A DNA stretch of 18,444 bases from Selaginella moellendorffii (GCF_000143415.4 NW_003314276.1:1-18444); one strand, 5' to 3'; positions 1-10,067 are shown, numbered from the stretch's first letter. Numbers and translations are program-made. Notes: generated from the sequence alone by a model not told the origin.

Positions 1-821
1 CCAGTTTCCATGTCATGTCCTGTTTATCAATTTTTTCTTATACTATATACCATTGGATGCCTTAGAATCAATTTTGGCTTGTTGGAAATTGTCTTTACGA
101 ATGTTAACAGTTGGAATGAACACTACATTACTGAAATCAATGCCATGAACCACTAAAATAGTGACTCATCTTTTAAATTTGCTATGTAAACCTCTGAAAA
201 TAAAACTAAAGAAACTACCTGATGCAAACACAGAGTGCAGCTTGTTTTGTATTAGCTTAAGTTCTTATTCCTCATCATACCACGGGTCTACTGCTCACAC
301 CACTCTGATAACCGAGCCCAGTGATCGATCTCTCCAAGAACATCCTCTTGTTAAATCCATCAAACTCGCAGTTTCCACCTGTGAGTAGAATCATCCCATC
401 CATAACTCGGCTGACGAGTTAGTTTGGCACTCTCCTCATGGCAATGGATGCCATTTCTCCCACTTCTGCCTGATCCATATGTCTCCGATTTCACTTCCAT
501 GATTCTTTAAGAATATCTGCCAGTTTGTATCGGTCTCAAATATGTTGTCGTTTTTTGTACTAGAGCACAGTTTGAACATGAATTCAGATGTTTCATCGAA
601 CACACAGATAATGTTTTGATTGTTGCAGCGGAAACAGTCTTCCATAGTTTTTCTTGTCAATTCGTTTGGAAACTGCTAGTGGTTTTCAAATATTTTTTCT
701 ACAAATTATAAAATACAACACGCATACATACCGTCAACCAAACACCTTTGCAGAAGTGGAAAGGACGAAGAATGAATGAAAAATTCATTCTATTTGACCT
801 AAACCTAACTACCAGTTTCAC

Positions 822-1375
822 ATGGAAAAGAACTTTGTTCCCCCCAATCTACCCAGAGATGTAGTTTTCAGAATTGCAGAAAGCAATGGCTTTTGTAGCG
901 CAGTTTTTTCATGTGTAGCTAAAGAATTTTACATGGAATTTCAAAGTGATAGAATTTGGCAATTGCATTGTGAACAGGATTTTTCTGTCTACATGTGTAC
1001 AGATTACGAAGGTAGACGCTGCAGAACGTACAAGGTTTGTATTTTCACTGATTTGCTTAAAACAAATGTCAAACTTTGCTACAGGAAACTTACAAGAGTT
1101 GGTTCAATGTGTTCAAATGCTACAATTATAATATTACCTCTGTAACCAAAAAGTTGTGCCTTAAAATACGAAGCTTCCTCAGATTTAAAGGTTTTGAGTA
1201 CATGTCAACCAAAGGTTTACCAAATAACGTCATAAATGAAGCGGAGGCAATTTTGAATGTCAACCTTCCAAATTCTTTAAGATGTCTACTGCTTTCTATG
1301 GACGGTCAGCCTGAAAATTGTATCATTAGTGGTTTACAGCATCAAGAATACAGAGGTTTTATTAACAACTGCTGA
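822..1375 (+). pseudogene. SKIP16-like F-box protein 5' fragment (F-box plus start of SMI1/KNR4-like domain), two exons
   Basis: Exon 1 (822-1034) reads LPRDVVFRI..FSCVAKEF..SDRIWQLHCEQDF..CRTYK. A 50-nt GT..CAG phase-0 intron (1035-1084) joins it in frame to ETYKSWFNVF..GLPNNVINEAEAILNVNLPNSLRCLLLSMDGQ, which matches the SKIP16/FBXO3 architecture. It stops at 1375, with no recognisable downstream ApaG domain on this strand. Confidence 0.7.
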
Positions 1376-1774
1376 ACTCATTTGTTGATCGTCTAATGAA
1401 TTGCCCTCTCTAGATACCTTTCACATTTGTCCAAATATTATTAATTTTAAAAGAGGGATTTATTTTTAGGTCAGGTAATGATAAAGAGATGGAAAGAGAC
1501 ACTCTTGGTTTGTACACACATTTCCAAAGCTATTTTTAAAGTGCTTGGACCTTCAAAGGCACCAAGAAGAGCAATCGAAAGAGGCTTAAAGACACATTGA
1601 CCACAATTCCTCCGATAAATGATGTTGAAGAAGGTATTTTCGTTATTAGTTTGTCTGAATTTCCAGGGATTGCATTGAAGAATGCACAGCCATGTAAAGA
1701 CTAAGAGGAAGTGTCTATAAATTTTATTAATTTTATAAAATTTCTAAATTAAGATTAATCTTAAAATATTAAGA

Positions 1775-2687
1775 TTGCTTGACAACAATCCTCATAGAAG
1801 AATGAAGAAAGTTGTATTGCTCTTTGCTATGAAACTTGTTTGGATATAAGACCAAAACCAGTAAAGCACACTCTTATCCTCTGTCAGCAATGATATACAA
1901 TGGAATGTCCCCAAACTCTGTGTGGTACACTGGACCACATAAACACTTCTTCTTTATCTATGCCTTCTTCAAACCACTAGAATTCCAAACTTGTCTATCT
2001 GGAACACTACCTACTATCCCTATTGTTATGTAAAGGAATGAAGTCTTACTGTCTACCACAACTTGAACTACCATTGAGTAGTACTTTTTTGCCCTAGCAT
2101 ACCAATCTATTGCATCCTCTGATCCTAGGAGCTCAATTGCCATATGAGTGCAATCCATTGCACCACAACAATTTAGGAATCCATGCAATCTCTGAAATCA
2201 TGCTATAACTTCATTTATTCCCTCCTCATCTGCCAATGGATCATTAGTCCTTCATGCTCAAGCAATGAATACCTAAATCAGCATAGACAAGCTTGAGTGC
2301 ATGAAGCTACTCTAAATGCATCACCAATTATTTGCCATGTATCCCCGAATGCCAAGCGTTTCAAAGCACTAGCTACTTGCTTTGAAATAGCTAAGTGCTA
2401 CTTTGGTATTTCTGCCAAACCTGGAGGAGGCCTCCTGGCCAATTTTGGAGCAAGCTCGTCACAAAAAAAAGTGAATGTAGATACGAAAAAACTTCTTTGA
2501 ATCTTTGTGGATTTATATAGAGAACCTGAAGCTCTGTTTGATACCACCAGTGGAGACTTCTTGGCTTGATGTAATCCACACTGATCAATAGCCTTAGGAG
2601 CTCCTTTTTAGTGATCACTCTTTCAATAAATGAAGTTGCAGTAGGACATGGCATAGAAAGTACTATAGCAATCGCTTCCTCCACCAT
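1775..2687 (-). mobile_element. Decayed PIF/Harbinger transposase (HARBI1/ALP1-like, DDE_Tnp_4)
   Basis: Minus-strand translation across stops and frameshifts gives ISKQVASALKRLAFGD, HGFLNCCGAMDCTH, YSMVVQVVVD..GIVGSVPDRQVWNSS, PLYIIADRG and YNFLHSSMRIVVKQ. These are the ordered motifs of Harbinger DDE nucleases. Confidence 0.9.
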
Positions 2688-3391
2688 TCAAATGAATAAA
2701 AGCTTTTTTGAAACTAGAACTAAGATCATGTCCTCCTCCAGAAAGAACAACTCTACCAGATTTAAGTACCTTATCACAATCTCTACAGCATGGGAAATGA
2801 TTGCCAAGGAAGAATTGCCAAGCTATGGCATGCTATGCACTCAATTTAGGGTAAAAACAATGGCACCCTAATCCATTATGATGTGGAAAAAATGAAGCTA
2901 ATGTGTAGCCTTATGTGGCATATAAAAAAGAGGGTTACATGTAATGTAACCATTAAAAAAAAAGGGAGGGGAAAGTTGTTTTTGGAGGGGGGGGTGAGGA
3001 GAAATTTCCAGGTGGGTGGAGCATGGAACCCCACCCTAAGGGAACTACTCCTTATTCACATGGGTATAAATTAAAAATGCCTTGAGATGGAAAATGCTTA
3101 GTAGTCTATTGCTCAACCCCCAATGAGCTTATAGAAGGTGATGAACTTGATCTAGAATGCCCAAATAATATACCAAATTGAGGAATATGATTAAGCCACC
3201 TCTTCATGTGTTGAATAATTCTTTTAAGCTTTGAGTCCAAGCTTGTATTATTCTATTCCAGTAAACCATTTAAGAAATAGTGTTTGGTTGCAATCACTAA
3301 GTAAAAACTAAATAAACCAAGTGCTTGTTACATATTGAACTTAAGCAAGTTTTAATAAATTGTTCTCTTTTTAGAATTAGCATCTAACTAT

Positions 3392-3417
3392 CCCAGCGGA
3401 GCTGGGTTCCCTGCTAG
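3392..3417 (+). mobile_element. Helitron 3' terminus (hairpin + CTAG)
   Basis: The CCCAGC-GGA-GCTGGG stem-loop at 3392-3406 is followed by CTAG at 3414-3417 and then T. This is the canonical Helitron 3' end. Confidence 0.85.
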
Positions 3418-3456
3418 TGATGAAAAGTACATACTCTACAGGGAATGACTAAGAAA

Positions 3457-3480
3457 CTAAGAGACCCCAGCTCCGCTGGG
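3457..3480 (-). mobile_element. Helitron 3' terminus, opposite orientation (TTAG variant)
   Basis: The reverse complement reads CCCAGCGGAGCTGGG-GTCTC-TTAG|T. The hairpin is identical; the terminal CTAG is changed to TTAG. Confidence 0.7.
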
Positions 3481-3641
3481 AGATATAGCATACCCAAGAT
3501 CTTCTTTTCTAATTTTACAATGTTAAAAATTTTGATTATATACAAGTTCAAATGATATTATATCAATTGTTATAAGATATAATTTCTTTCCCTTGTTTAA
3601 ATGCAAAAGACTGGCATTCTGGCCATGCACAGCTCTACATG

Positions 3642-3741
3642 NNNNNNNNNNNNNNNNNNNNNNNNNNNNNNNNNNNNNNNNNNNNNNNNNNNNNNNNNNN
3701 NNNNNNNNNNNNNNNNNNNNNNNNNNNNNNNNNNNNNNNNN
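3642..3741. other. Assembly gap
   Basis: Run of N. Confidence 1.
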
Positions 3742-4867
3742 TGGCCTTGCATCCACAAACAATGAGCTCCTCCTGTACAAGTGCCTCTTTATGGGGCAAA
3801 ACCGTCACAAAAAATGAATAAAAGCATTTCAACCCTTTTACCATGTGTTTTAATCTAGGCAGTCATTTGAAAGTGATCAAATAGTAACTGCCCAAGTCCT
3901 CCAAGTGAGAATGGAATTGAGAGATAACATATAATAAGTAAAGAAAAGATTCTTAATCAGCAAATCAGCAAACATGACAACAGATGATGTACCTGCTGAC
4001 AAATCTTGCAGATGGTGTCCTCTTTTTTGTTGCACTAGTGCTACACATGCGTTTGATGAGCATACTACCAAACACAAAAGAGAGAAAAAAAATGAGGAAG
4101 AGCCAGAAAATTTCTTAGAACTCTCAGACCACATATTATAGAAAATTATAAGATTATTAAGATCTAGAAATTTATAAAATTTAGTTTAGATTAATTTATA
4201 ATCTAATTTAATCTTATTACCACCAAATAGTGGTGATGTATCCTAGGAGATGTGTTTTAAAACCTTAGTTTACGTTTAATTATTTTTAACCCTTATTTTA
4301 CGTCTAAATATGTTAATGTTAATATCATGTTCCTTATAGCAATTATATGTGGAATTAATCATCCTATAAACAAGCATATATTTATATGTAATAAATATAT
4401 ATACCTATTTATAGCATGAAAGATCATGAAGAACATTGAGGATGGGAACAGAAAAGGCCAAATAAAATTTGATTGAGCAACTAGTGTTAGGTATGACGAA
4501 TATAGATTCAAATATTAAATAATTAACATAAATATTTATTAATTAAAATGTATAAAACATGTACTACTATATTAATTAAGAACTGAGCTAGCAGAAACCT
4601 AAAAACTGCTATGCCACAACAGGCGAACATCTACATCTTTTTATTGTAACAAAGCTCACTACTCTCACCAGAGCTTGCAAGAAATCTACTACGAATACCA
4701 GCCTTTTAAGAACAATATGTCATTACAGAAACATTAATATATAAGAATCTGCTATATACCAGAACCACCATATTCCGATCAAAGAATGTAAAGCATCCAA
4801 ACAAGACCATTCATCTGTAAAAAATAATTGCAAAATCTGGAAACTAAATTAATCTTAATGCAATTAA

Positions 4868-5323
4868 GAAACATGTACATCTGATTTAAGGGAAAATTCA
4901 AAGGAGGCTGATGAAATTAGAAAAACAAACTTACTAATTTGGGACGAAATAAGTATGGTTCCAGTACATGCATTTAATGCTGTAGAACGTGTAATACGTG
5001 ACATTAAAGGTTGTTCTGATAAATTTGGTGGTATAACTGTTGTAACTGGTGGTGATTTTAGACAAACACTACCTGTGCTTAAAAGAGCACGACGGGTTCA
5101 AATTGTACAAAATAGTGTTAAGTCAAGTTTTATATGGCCATTTGTAGTGAAATATACACTTACAGAAAATATGCATGTTAACAAAGATGAAAAGGAGTGG
5201 TCAGAGTGGTTAATTAGACTCGGAAATGGTAATTTACCAAGACTTGATGGATATGAAGATGATATAGTAGAACTACCAAAAAAATGTACAACCAAGAATT
5301 CCATGATAGATGCTGTGTTCGGT
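4868..5323 (+). mobile_element. Helitron Pif1-family (SF1B) helicase internal fragment
   Basis: Open frame ETCTSDLRENSKEADEIRKTNLLIWDEISM (Walker B), then KFGGITVVTGGDFRQTLPV (motif III), LTENMHV, WLIRLGNG and MIDAVFG. Walker A and the C-terminal motifs are absent. Confidence 0.9.
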
Positions 5324-5339
5324 CAAAAACACAGAACAC

Positions 5340-5569
5340 AGCAAAAATTGATATCTGCACAGGAGAGTGAGTATATACAACAGATTAGAGGGGAATATGA
5401 ATATAGGGACAACTTCAGGATGTCTACTAGCTTCTCTCACCCAAATTTCTCCTTTTGAGATGATTTCCTTTGGAGGGGGCATCAGGTATTACTGAGCAAC
5501 AAAAGAAAATTCTGCAAGCAGGTGTTTTAGGAATGTCATGAGGGAATTCTTGTTGGACACCTAGGTGTA
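5340..5569 (+). mobile_element. Ty3/gypsy pol remnant (RNaseH-integrase linker and first half of the integrase HHCC zinc-binding domain)
   Basis: YIQQIRGEY..PNFSF*DDFLWRGHQVLL..KQVF*ECHEGILVGHLGV matches the gypsy pattern DG.L.R..L.VP..LR..IL.ECH....GH.G. Two in-frame stops are present. The left boundary is approximate. Confidence 0.7.
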
Positions 5570-5939
5570 GTATCAATAGACATTTGCTAGTGGGGGATAT
5601 ATGGGGATACATTAACAAAATGGTTTAGTGCTAGATTTTATTTGGCTCTGTTTTGTGTGTTAATCTTAGTCATGGAGGAGGATGTCATGGAAGTGTCTAC
5701 AGGGAATGTCTGGGGTCTCATGGAAGTGCTATTGGCATCGGGGGACAGATATTCTCTTACCTTTGGATTTTTTAGATGGACGGTTTTGATGGATTGATGG
5801 AATACTCTCTTATAACGGTTATGGCTGTTCATATCTGAGGGTTTTATGTTTGACTCTCTCTTGTGTCACTGTGCAGCATTGGGAACAAAACAAGTAGAGC
5901 AAGCTCCTTGATTCTTCACTATTGATAAGTTTCTTTCTC

Positions 5940-6498
5940 GCATTTTTCACAGTTGAGTCGCCACTGTTTCTGGGTCTCCAGAATGTATACTTTCGAGCGG
6001 GTATGTGTATGATTTACGGTCCTTGCAATGTCGTTTGAATGTGTTTGCATAAGAACAGGTCATGAGTACTGGGAAGATGAAGGCATTGAAGAAAAAGAGC
6101 CAGCATGCAGGCAAATGATGAACATATTTCACCCATATGATCCTGTCACCTATAGGTATCAACCTACTTCTGTGTGACCAGTGTTTAAATTTATCCTTTC
6201 GTCCTGATTACAGAGTGGAACCTCTGATATCTATTCTTTTTTGGAGAAAGTCAGTGAATATCTTGGGATACAGGTAATCATAGTGCTTTGTAAGTTTTGT
6301 TGTCAAAGCTAGAGGAAATTCTTCGGTTGGGGTATGGTTTTGTCACAGTTTTTTATGGTAGTATGGTGACAGAAAGGCTATCTAGAAGTCTCAATGGTAG
6401 ATTCGACTTAATGCTACAGGTAAGTCTTGCTCTTTGCTATCACATCATTCTCATGTGGATCCAGGATACAAAATTTGAGCACCACTACATATCGGTAT
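5940..6498 (+). pseudogene. SGR2: SGR2-like DDHD-domain phospholipase A1, C-terminal fragment with introns
   Basis: AFFTVESPLFLGLQNV, intron 6001-6058, GHEYWEDEGIEEKEPACRQMMNIFHPYDPVTYR, intron 6156-6213, VEPLI. Later YGSMVTERLSRSLNGRFDLMLQ, intron 6420-6464, DTKFEHHYI. This matches the plant SGR2 DDHD domain (GSP..NIFHPFDPVAYR.EPL..GRIDHMLQ). Confidence 0.85.
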
Positions 6499-6521
6499 CT
6501 GATAAACGACAGCAGTGGCTG

Positions 6522-6548
<27 letters not shown>
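6522..6548. repeat. (GA)n microsatellite, about 13 units
   Basis: Direct reading. Confidence 0.95.
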
Positions 6549-6552
<4 letters not shown>

Positions 6553-6561
6553 TTTGGAGTT

Positions 6562-6740
6562 GGAATCACAGCAGCAGCAGCATCACCAGCGAGAAGATCT
6601 TAAGGCCATGAGAATTCTCCACCAGGAGTTTGGGATTACGTAGCAGCCAGGTGAGAAGGTCAGTGCGAGAGATAGGGACGAAGATATCACAAGGGACAAG
6701 GACGAAGATCTTGCAGGGTCGGCCTTCACCCACGAGCAGC
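6562..6740 (+). repeat. Diverged direct repeat, copy 1 (pairs with 7150-7346)
   Basis: GGAATCACAGCAGCAGCAGCATCACCAGCGAGAAGATC..ATGAGAATTCTCCACCAGG..GAAGATCTTG(C/T)AGGGTC..CCCAC(G/A)AGCAGC is shared with the second copy. Confidence 0.9.
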
Positions 6741-7149
6741 AGAGATTGATGAGGTCACTGGTTTGCTCTATCACTTCTGCTCAACCCAGTGGCAAGGTGA
6801 GCTTCACTGTGGTTACGGTGCTCTAGAGCAGGTTAATGAGCATGCGTTTCTCTACAGGGGCACGGTGCTGTACAAATCCAATTAGTCTGGAGACAAGGAG
6901 CATCGTCACACCCATGGACGTGTATCAATTATTGTGACACACTAGGTAGGATCCAATCCAACTTCATCAACTCGCAGAGAAAGAGAGAACTAAGAAAAAC
7001 AAAGAATAGTGGCCATGGCCATATCTGGACAAATTAAGTGAATTGGTGCCAGACTCAATTGTATTTGTGTTGTAATACTACATTATTTATAAAGTGTCTC
7101 CTGCCCTTGACTGTCTAGAAGTCCCAATGGTAGAGCTAATTTGTAAGTC

Positions 7150-7346
7150 GGAATCACAGCAGCAGCAGCAGCATCACCAGCGAGAAGATCTCAAGGTTGC
7201 ATGAGAATTCTCCACCAGGTATTTCTCACATGTACGTATTGGCAAAGCCAGTGTCAGTGAGCAGGTTGGTGCGAGGGACAGGGATGAAGATCTCACGAAG
7301 GACAGGGAAAAAGATCTTGTAGGGTCTGCCATCGCCCACAAGCAGC
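7150..7346 (+). repeat. Diverged direct repeat, copy 2
   Basis: Aligns to 6562-6740, with one extra CAG unit and a different internal segment. Confidence 0.9.
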
Positions 7347-7349
7347 GGA

Positions 7350-7857
7350 ATTACGTTTTTTCAAGCTTCCCGGAGGAAGACTCAAGTCTGGAGAAAAACA
7401 GTAAAGAAGTTTCTTTCATCATTCACTCTGCTAACTTTGATAAATCTGCTAACTAGAGGTGGAAGGATTGAAGAGGAAGCTCATGAGCAACCAATGGCAG
7501 CTTCAATCCAGCCTGGGACAGGTATGATGGAAATACATGAAGATATAAAGAACTTTGGTTTTGTTCATTTCCATTTCTTCCAGTTTGAAGAGTTTGTGGT
7601 AATTTGGTAGAGACCAAACTTTGAGGTGCTGCCATATCCTTACTGCCCTCCTCACATCACCAAACCAAAGGTATCGATCTTTGTTCTTCATTACTCATAA
7701 TTCTTTTGTATGATCTTCTCATTTCTTTTATCATTTCTTGTGTCAGGAGTGTAAGAAGTTCTGCATGGTTCTCCTCCCCAAAAGACAATACTTTACTGTT
7801 TCAAAGAATCTCAAACTGCTGGCAATTCCATTGTTTAAGCTCTAAGATAATGTAGAT
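7350..7857 (+). pseudogene. CFIm25: Pre-mRNA cleavage factor Im 25 kDa subunit (CFIm25/NUDT21/CPSF5) internal fragment, four exons
   Basis: FKLPGGRLKSGE, intron ~7401-7456, EVEGLKRKLMS, intron 7522-7583, IW*RPNFEVLPYPYCPPHITKPK, intron 7671-7746, ECKKFCMVLLPKRQYFTVSKNLKLLAIPLFKL*DNV. These are highly diagnostic CFIm25 motifs. Premature stops and small indels are present. Confidence 0.92.
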
Positions 7858-8307
7858 AAGAGAAGAAACATTTAATGTCTACATTTGTTTTTTTTTTTTT
7901 TTTTTTTGTTTTCTTGCTTTGAGAAAGTTTTTCTCTTCCTTTGCTGATGTGAGAATTGTTACTGCAGAGATATGCCCAGTGATCTCTGCCATCTTCTTGC
8001 AGCTTTCAAGGTTCACCTTCATTGCCATTAACAGTTGAACACTGGCAATCTGGGTGAATTTTTTCTTCTTTTTCTCCATTTTGTAAAGCTATTAACTTAC
8101 TATGAGTAGCTCTCTTTTTTTGTTTCAAACGTTTCTCTTATAAATGAAGATACACTCCCTCAGCTGGATAAAAGTGTAATGGAATCAAGAAAGAAATAAA
8201 AAATTACACGCCTACCATATACATGTGTGTATACGATGACAAGAATATGTCAACCCACCTGAAGATTGTTGGCCAGGACGTGGAGGTGCTAATATTGTTT
8301 AATGCAG

Positions 8308-8900
8308 GAAGCAAATGAGTTATGTGAGCAGATGGAAAGCCTGCAGTTAGTGTTAATCAACAAGCTTTCTTGAAACAGCAAAATACAAAAGCGATGACAG
8401 TACAGCCATACAGCTTGAATTGAGAAGGAAAAGAAGAAACCTGCTACTAAGAGAAGACTGGGCTTTGATGAGACAGAAAAATCTAAGACCGAACAGGAGG
8501 TACTGAAGATTACGGAAGAACTTGAAGACACATGTGAGTTGAACAGGTTTCTCAAAACAATACATTGCTGGCTATAGATAAAAAAAAAATGGATGTCAGT
8601 GTGCAAAAGTGGAAGTTGAGATGGCAAAACTACTACAATGAATTGAGGGTGGACAAGGAACTCTGAAGATGATGTGACACTTGATGCTACAGCAATGAAA
8701 ATGGAACGGATTTTAGAGACTTCCTTGCCAGATTATCCACCAAGCCATTTTGCTGTGGAGAAGCAAAATGTTATTCAGGCTTTATAGTTAAAGCTACAAT
8801 AAGCTTTTGATTTTGTCAAAGATGCAAAGCACAACATGGAGGTTTTAACTGATGCGACCTCAAATGTGTCTAAAATGCAAGAGGGTGTTCAGAATTTCTG
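8308..8900 (+). pseudogene. Degraded coiled-coil exon, possibly from a kinesin-12 (POK1/POK2-like) tail
   Basis: After a TGCAG acceptor at 8303-8307: EANELCEQMESLQLVLI..EQEVLKITEELEDTCELN..(other frame) CAKVEVEMAK..EKQNVIQAL*LKLQ*AFDFVKDAKHNMEVLTDAT. There are many stops. The resemblance to POK-type tails is from memory, and coiled coils match promiscuously. Confidence 0.4.
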
Positions 8901-9129
8901 AACGATACAGGTATTGCTCAAAAGAAAAAACCAATGTGCTACTTCTCCAAGTACTCTAACATTCAAGTGAATCCAAGGTGCCTTGTGATGTTTCTCCAGT
9001 CCAGTGAAGCTGATCAATGGCATCGTGATCAATACAACAGAAACCAGTGAGCTTTGTTTTTTTTATAAAATGACTAACATTGTGATGGTTCTTCAAGCAT
9101 GTGTTTGCATTCTAGCAAATCCAGGATGG

Positions 9130-10067
9130 CTGTTTATTGCAAGTCACAAACACCTCACAGATGCACAGTAAGTTTTTCTAGCACACACTTGCTCTCTAAT
9201 GCACTAAGCACGTATATTTTGTCTCCTATCTGTAGTTTATCGAGAATCCCATTCGGGCTGTGTGCCTGGAAGGAGCTCCCATCACTCACTGAACAAGCCA
9301 CACTGTCCAATGCTCCCTGGTGCTACACCAAACAAACCGTGCCAATGTTGTCCCATGACACCGTGAACACGGAATCCCACCCATTTCCAATCACAGCCAT
9401 GTTACGATTCATCTCGTAAGAGAGCTGAAAGGACCACAACTGCAGTGAGCCTCCAGCTCCCAGGCTGCTGACAGCAACAACAGCAGCAGGTCCAGCAAGC
9501 GATGCCTAGATGAGAACTGTGAGTCTGGCACCCAATGAGTAGAAGCAATGCGTTTGGACACACCTCCACAACTTGGTGTGTGTAGCTCACACCGTGGGAG
9601 ATGTAGTCGAGGTCTGGTTGGAATAGGTGGAGAGGCAAGAGCTCGGACTTGTAAGTGACGTCCTTGGTAGCTCTCCAAACAGGATCCGATTGACACATGT
9701 GTTTGCCTGAGTGGAGGTGCCCCGGAACACAACCATAAGGTGTTTGTTAGCGGAGGTGGTGTCTTCCTTATACACTGAGGAGGGCTCAAGTGTTGGAAGT
9801 TTGGAGATGACTTCCAGCTGGGGATGGAGGCAGGCATCCATAGGTTTTGGTGGAGATTGTGGTGAGCGGGGAGATGAAGAGTGCCAGACACTTAAGATCA
9901 TGCTGTGAGAGCTTGGAGACTTCGTCCCACACTTCCAGAGCTTCTTCGCTTGGTGGGTTTTGTTTGGCTGAGCGGTGGTGGTGATGGCGGGCTAGAAAAA
10001 CAATGGCAGGCACAACCAAAAGCAAGAGCAGGAGAGTGCAAGCCATGCATTTATGATTTTTCTTCAT
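9130..10067 (-). pseudogene. Frameshifted GC-richer coding remnant with an N-terminal hydrophobic anchor; possibly a class 3 lipase
   Basis: Overlapping minus-strand ORFs give CTLLLLLLVVPAIVFLA (signal/TM), LMVVFRGTS (compare lipase_3 IVVAFRGT) and SSLGAG (compare GHSLGAG). The motifs lie in different frames and the left boundary is approximate. Confidence 0.35.

Noticed and set aside
330-400. Minus-strand GMILLTGGNCEFDGFNKRM resembling an actin/ARP motif
   Set aside because: It is a single short motif flanked by stops, with no other actin motifs nearby.
671-680. CTGCTAGT identical to the last bases of the 3417 terminus
   Set aside because: There is no upstream hairpin, and the match is too short to call a Helitron end.
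2297-2871. Plus-strand ORFs 2297-2500 and 2611-2871
   Set aside because: They are antisense shadows of the Harbinger transposase remnant.
3523-3844. ORFs spanning N runs (also near 10.2, 15.2 and 17.2 kb)
   Set aside because: They are artefacts of translating through assembly gaps.
4254-4310. Two-copy ~28-bp tandem repeat
   Set aside because: It is short, AT-rich and imperfect, with no functional inference possible.
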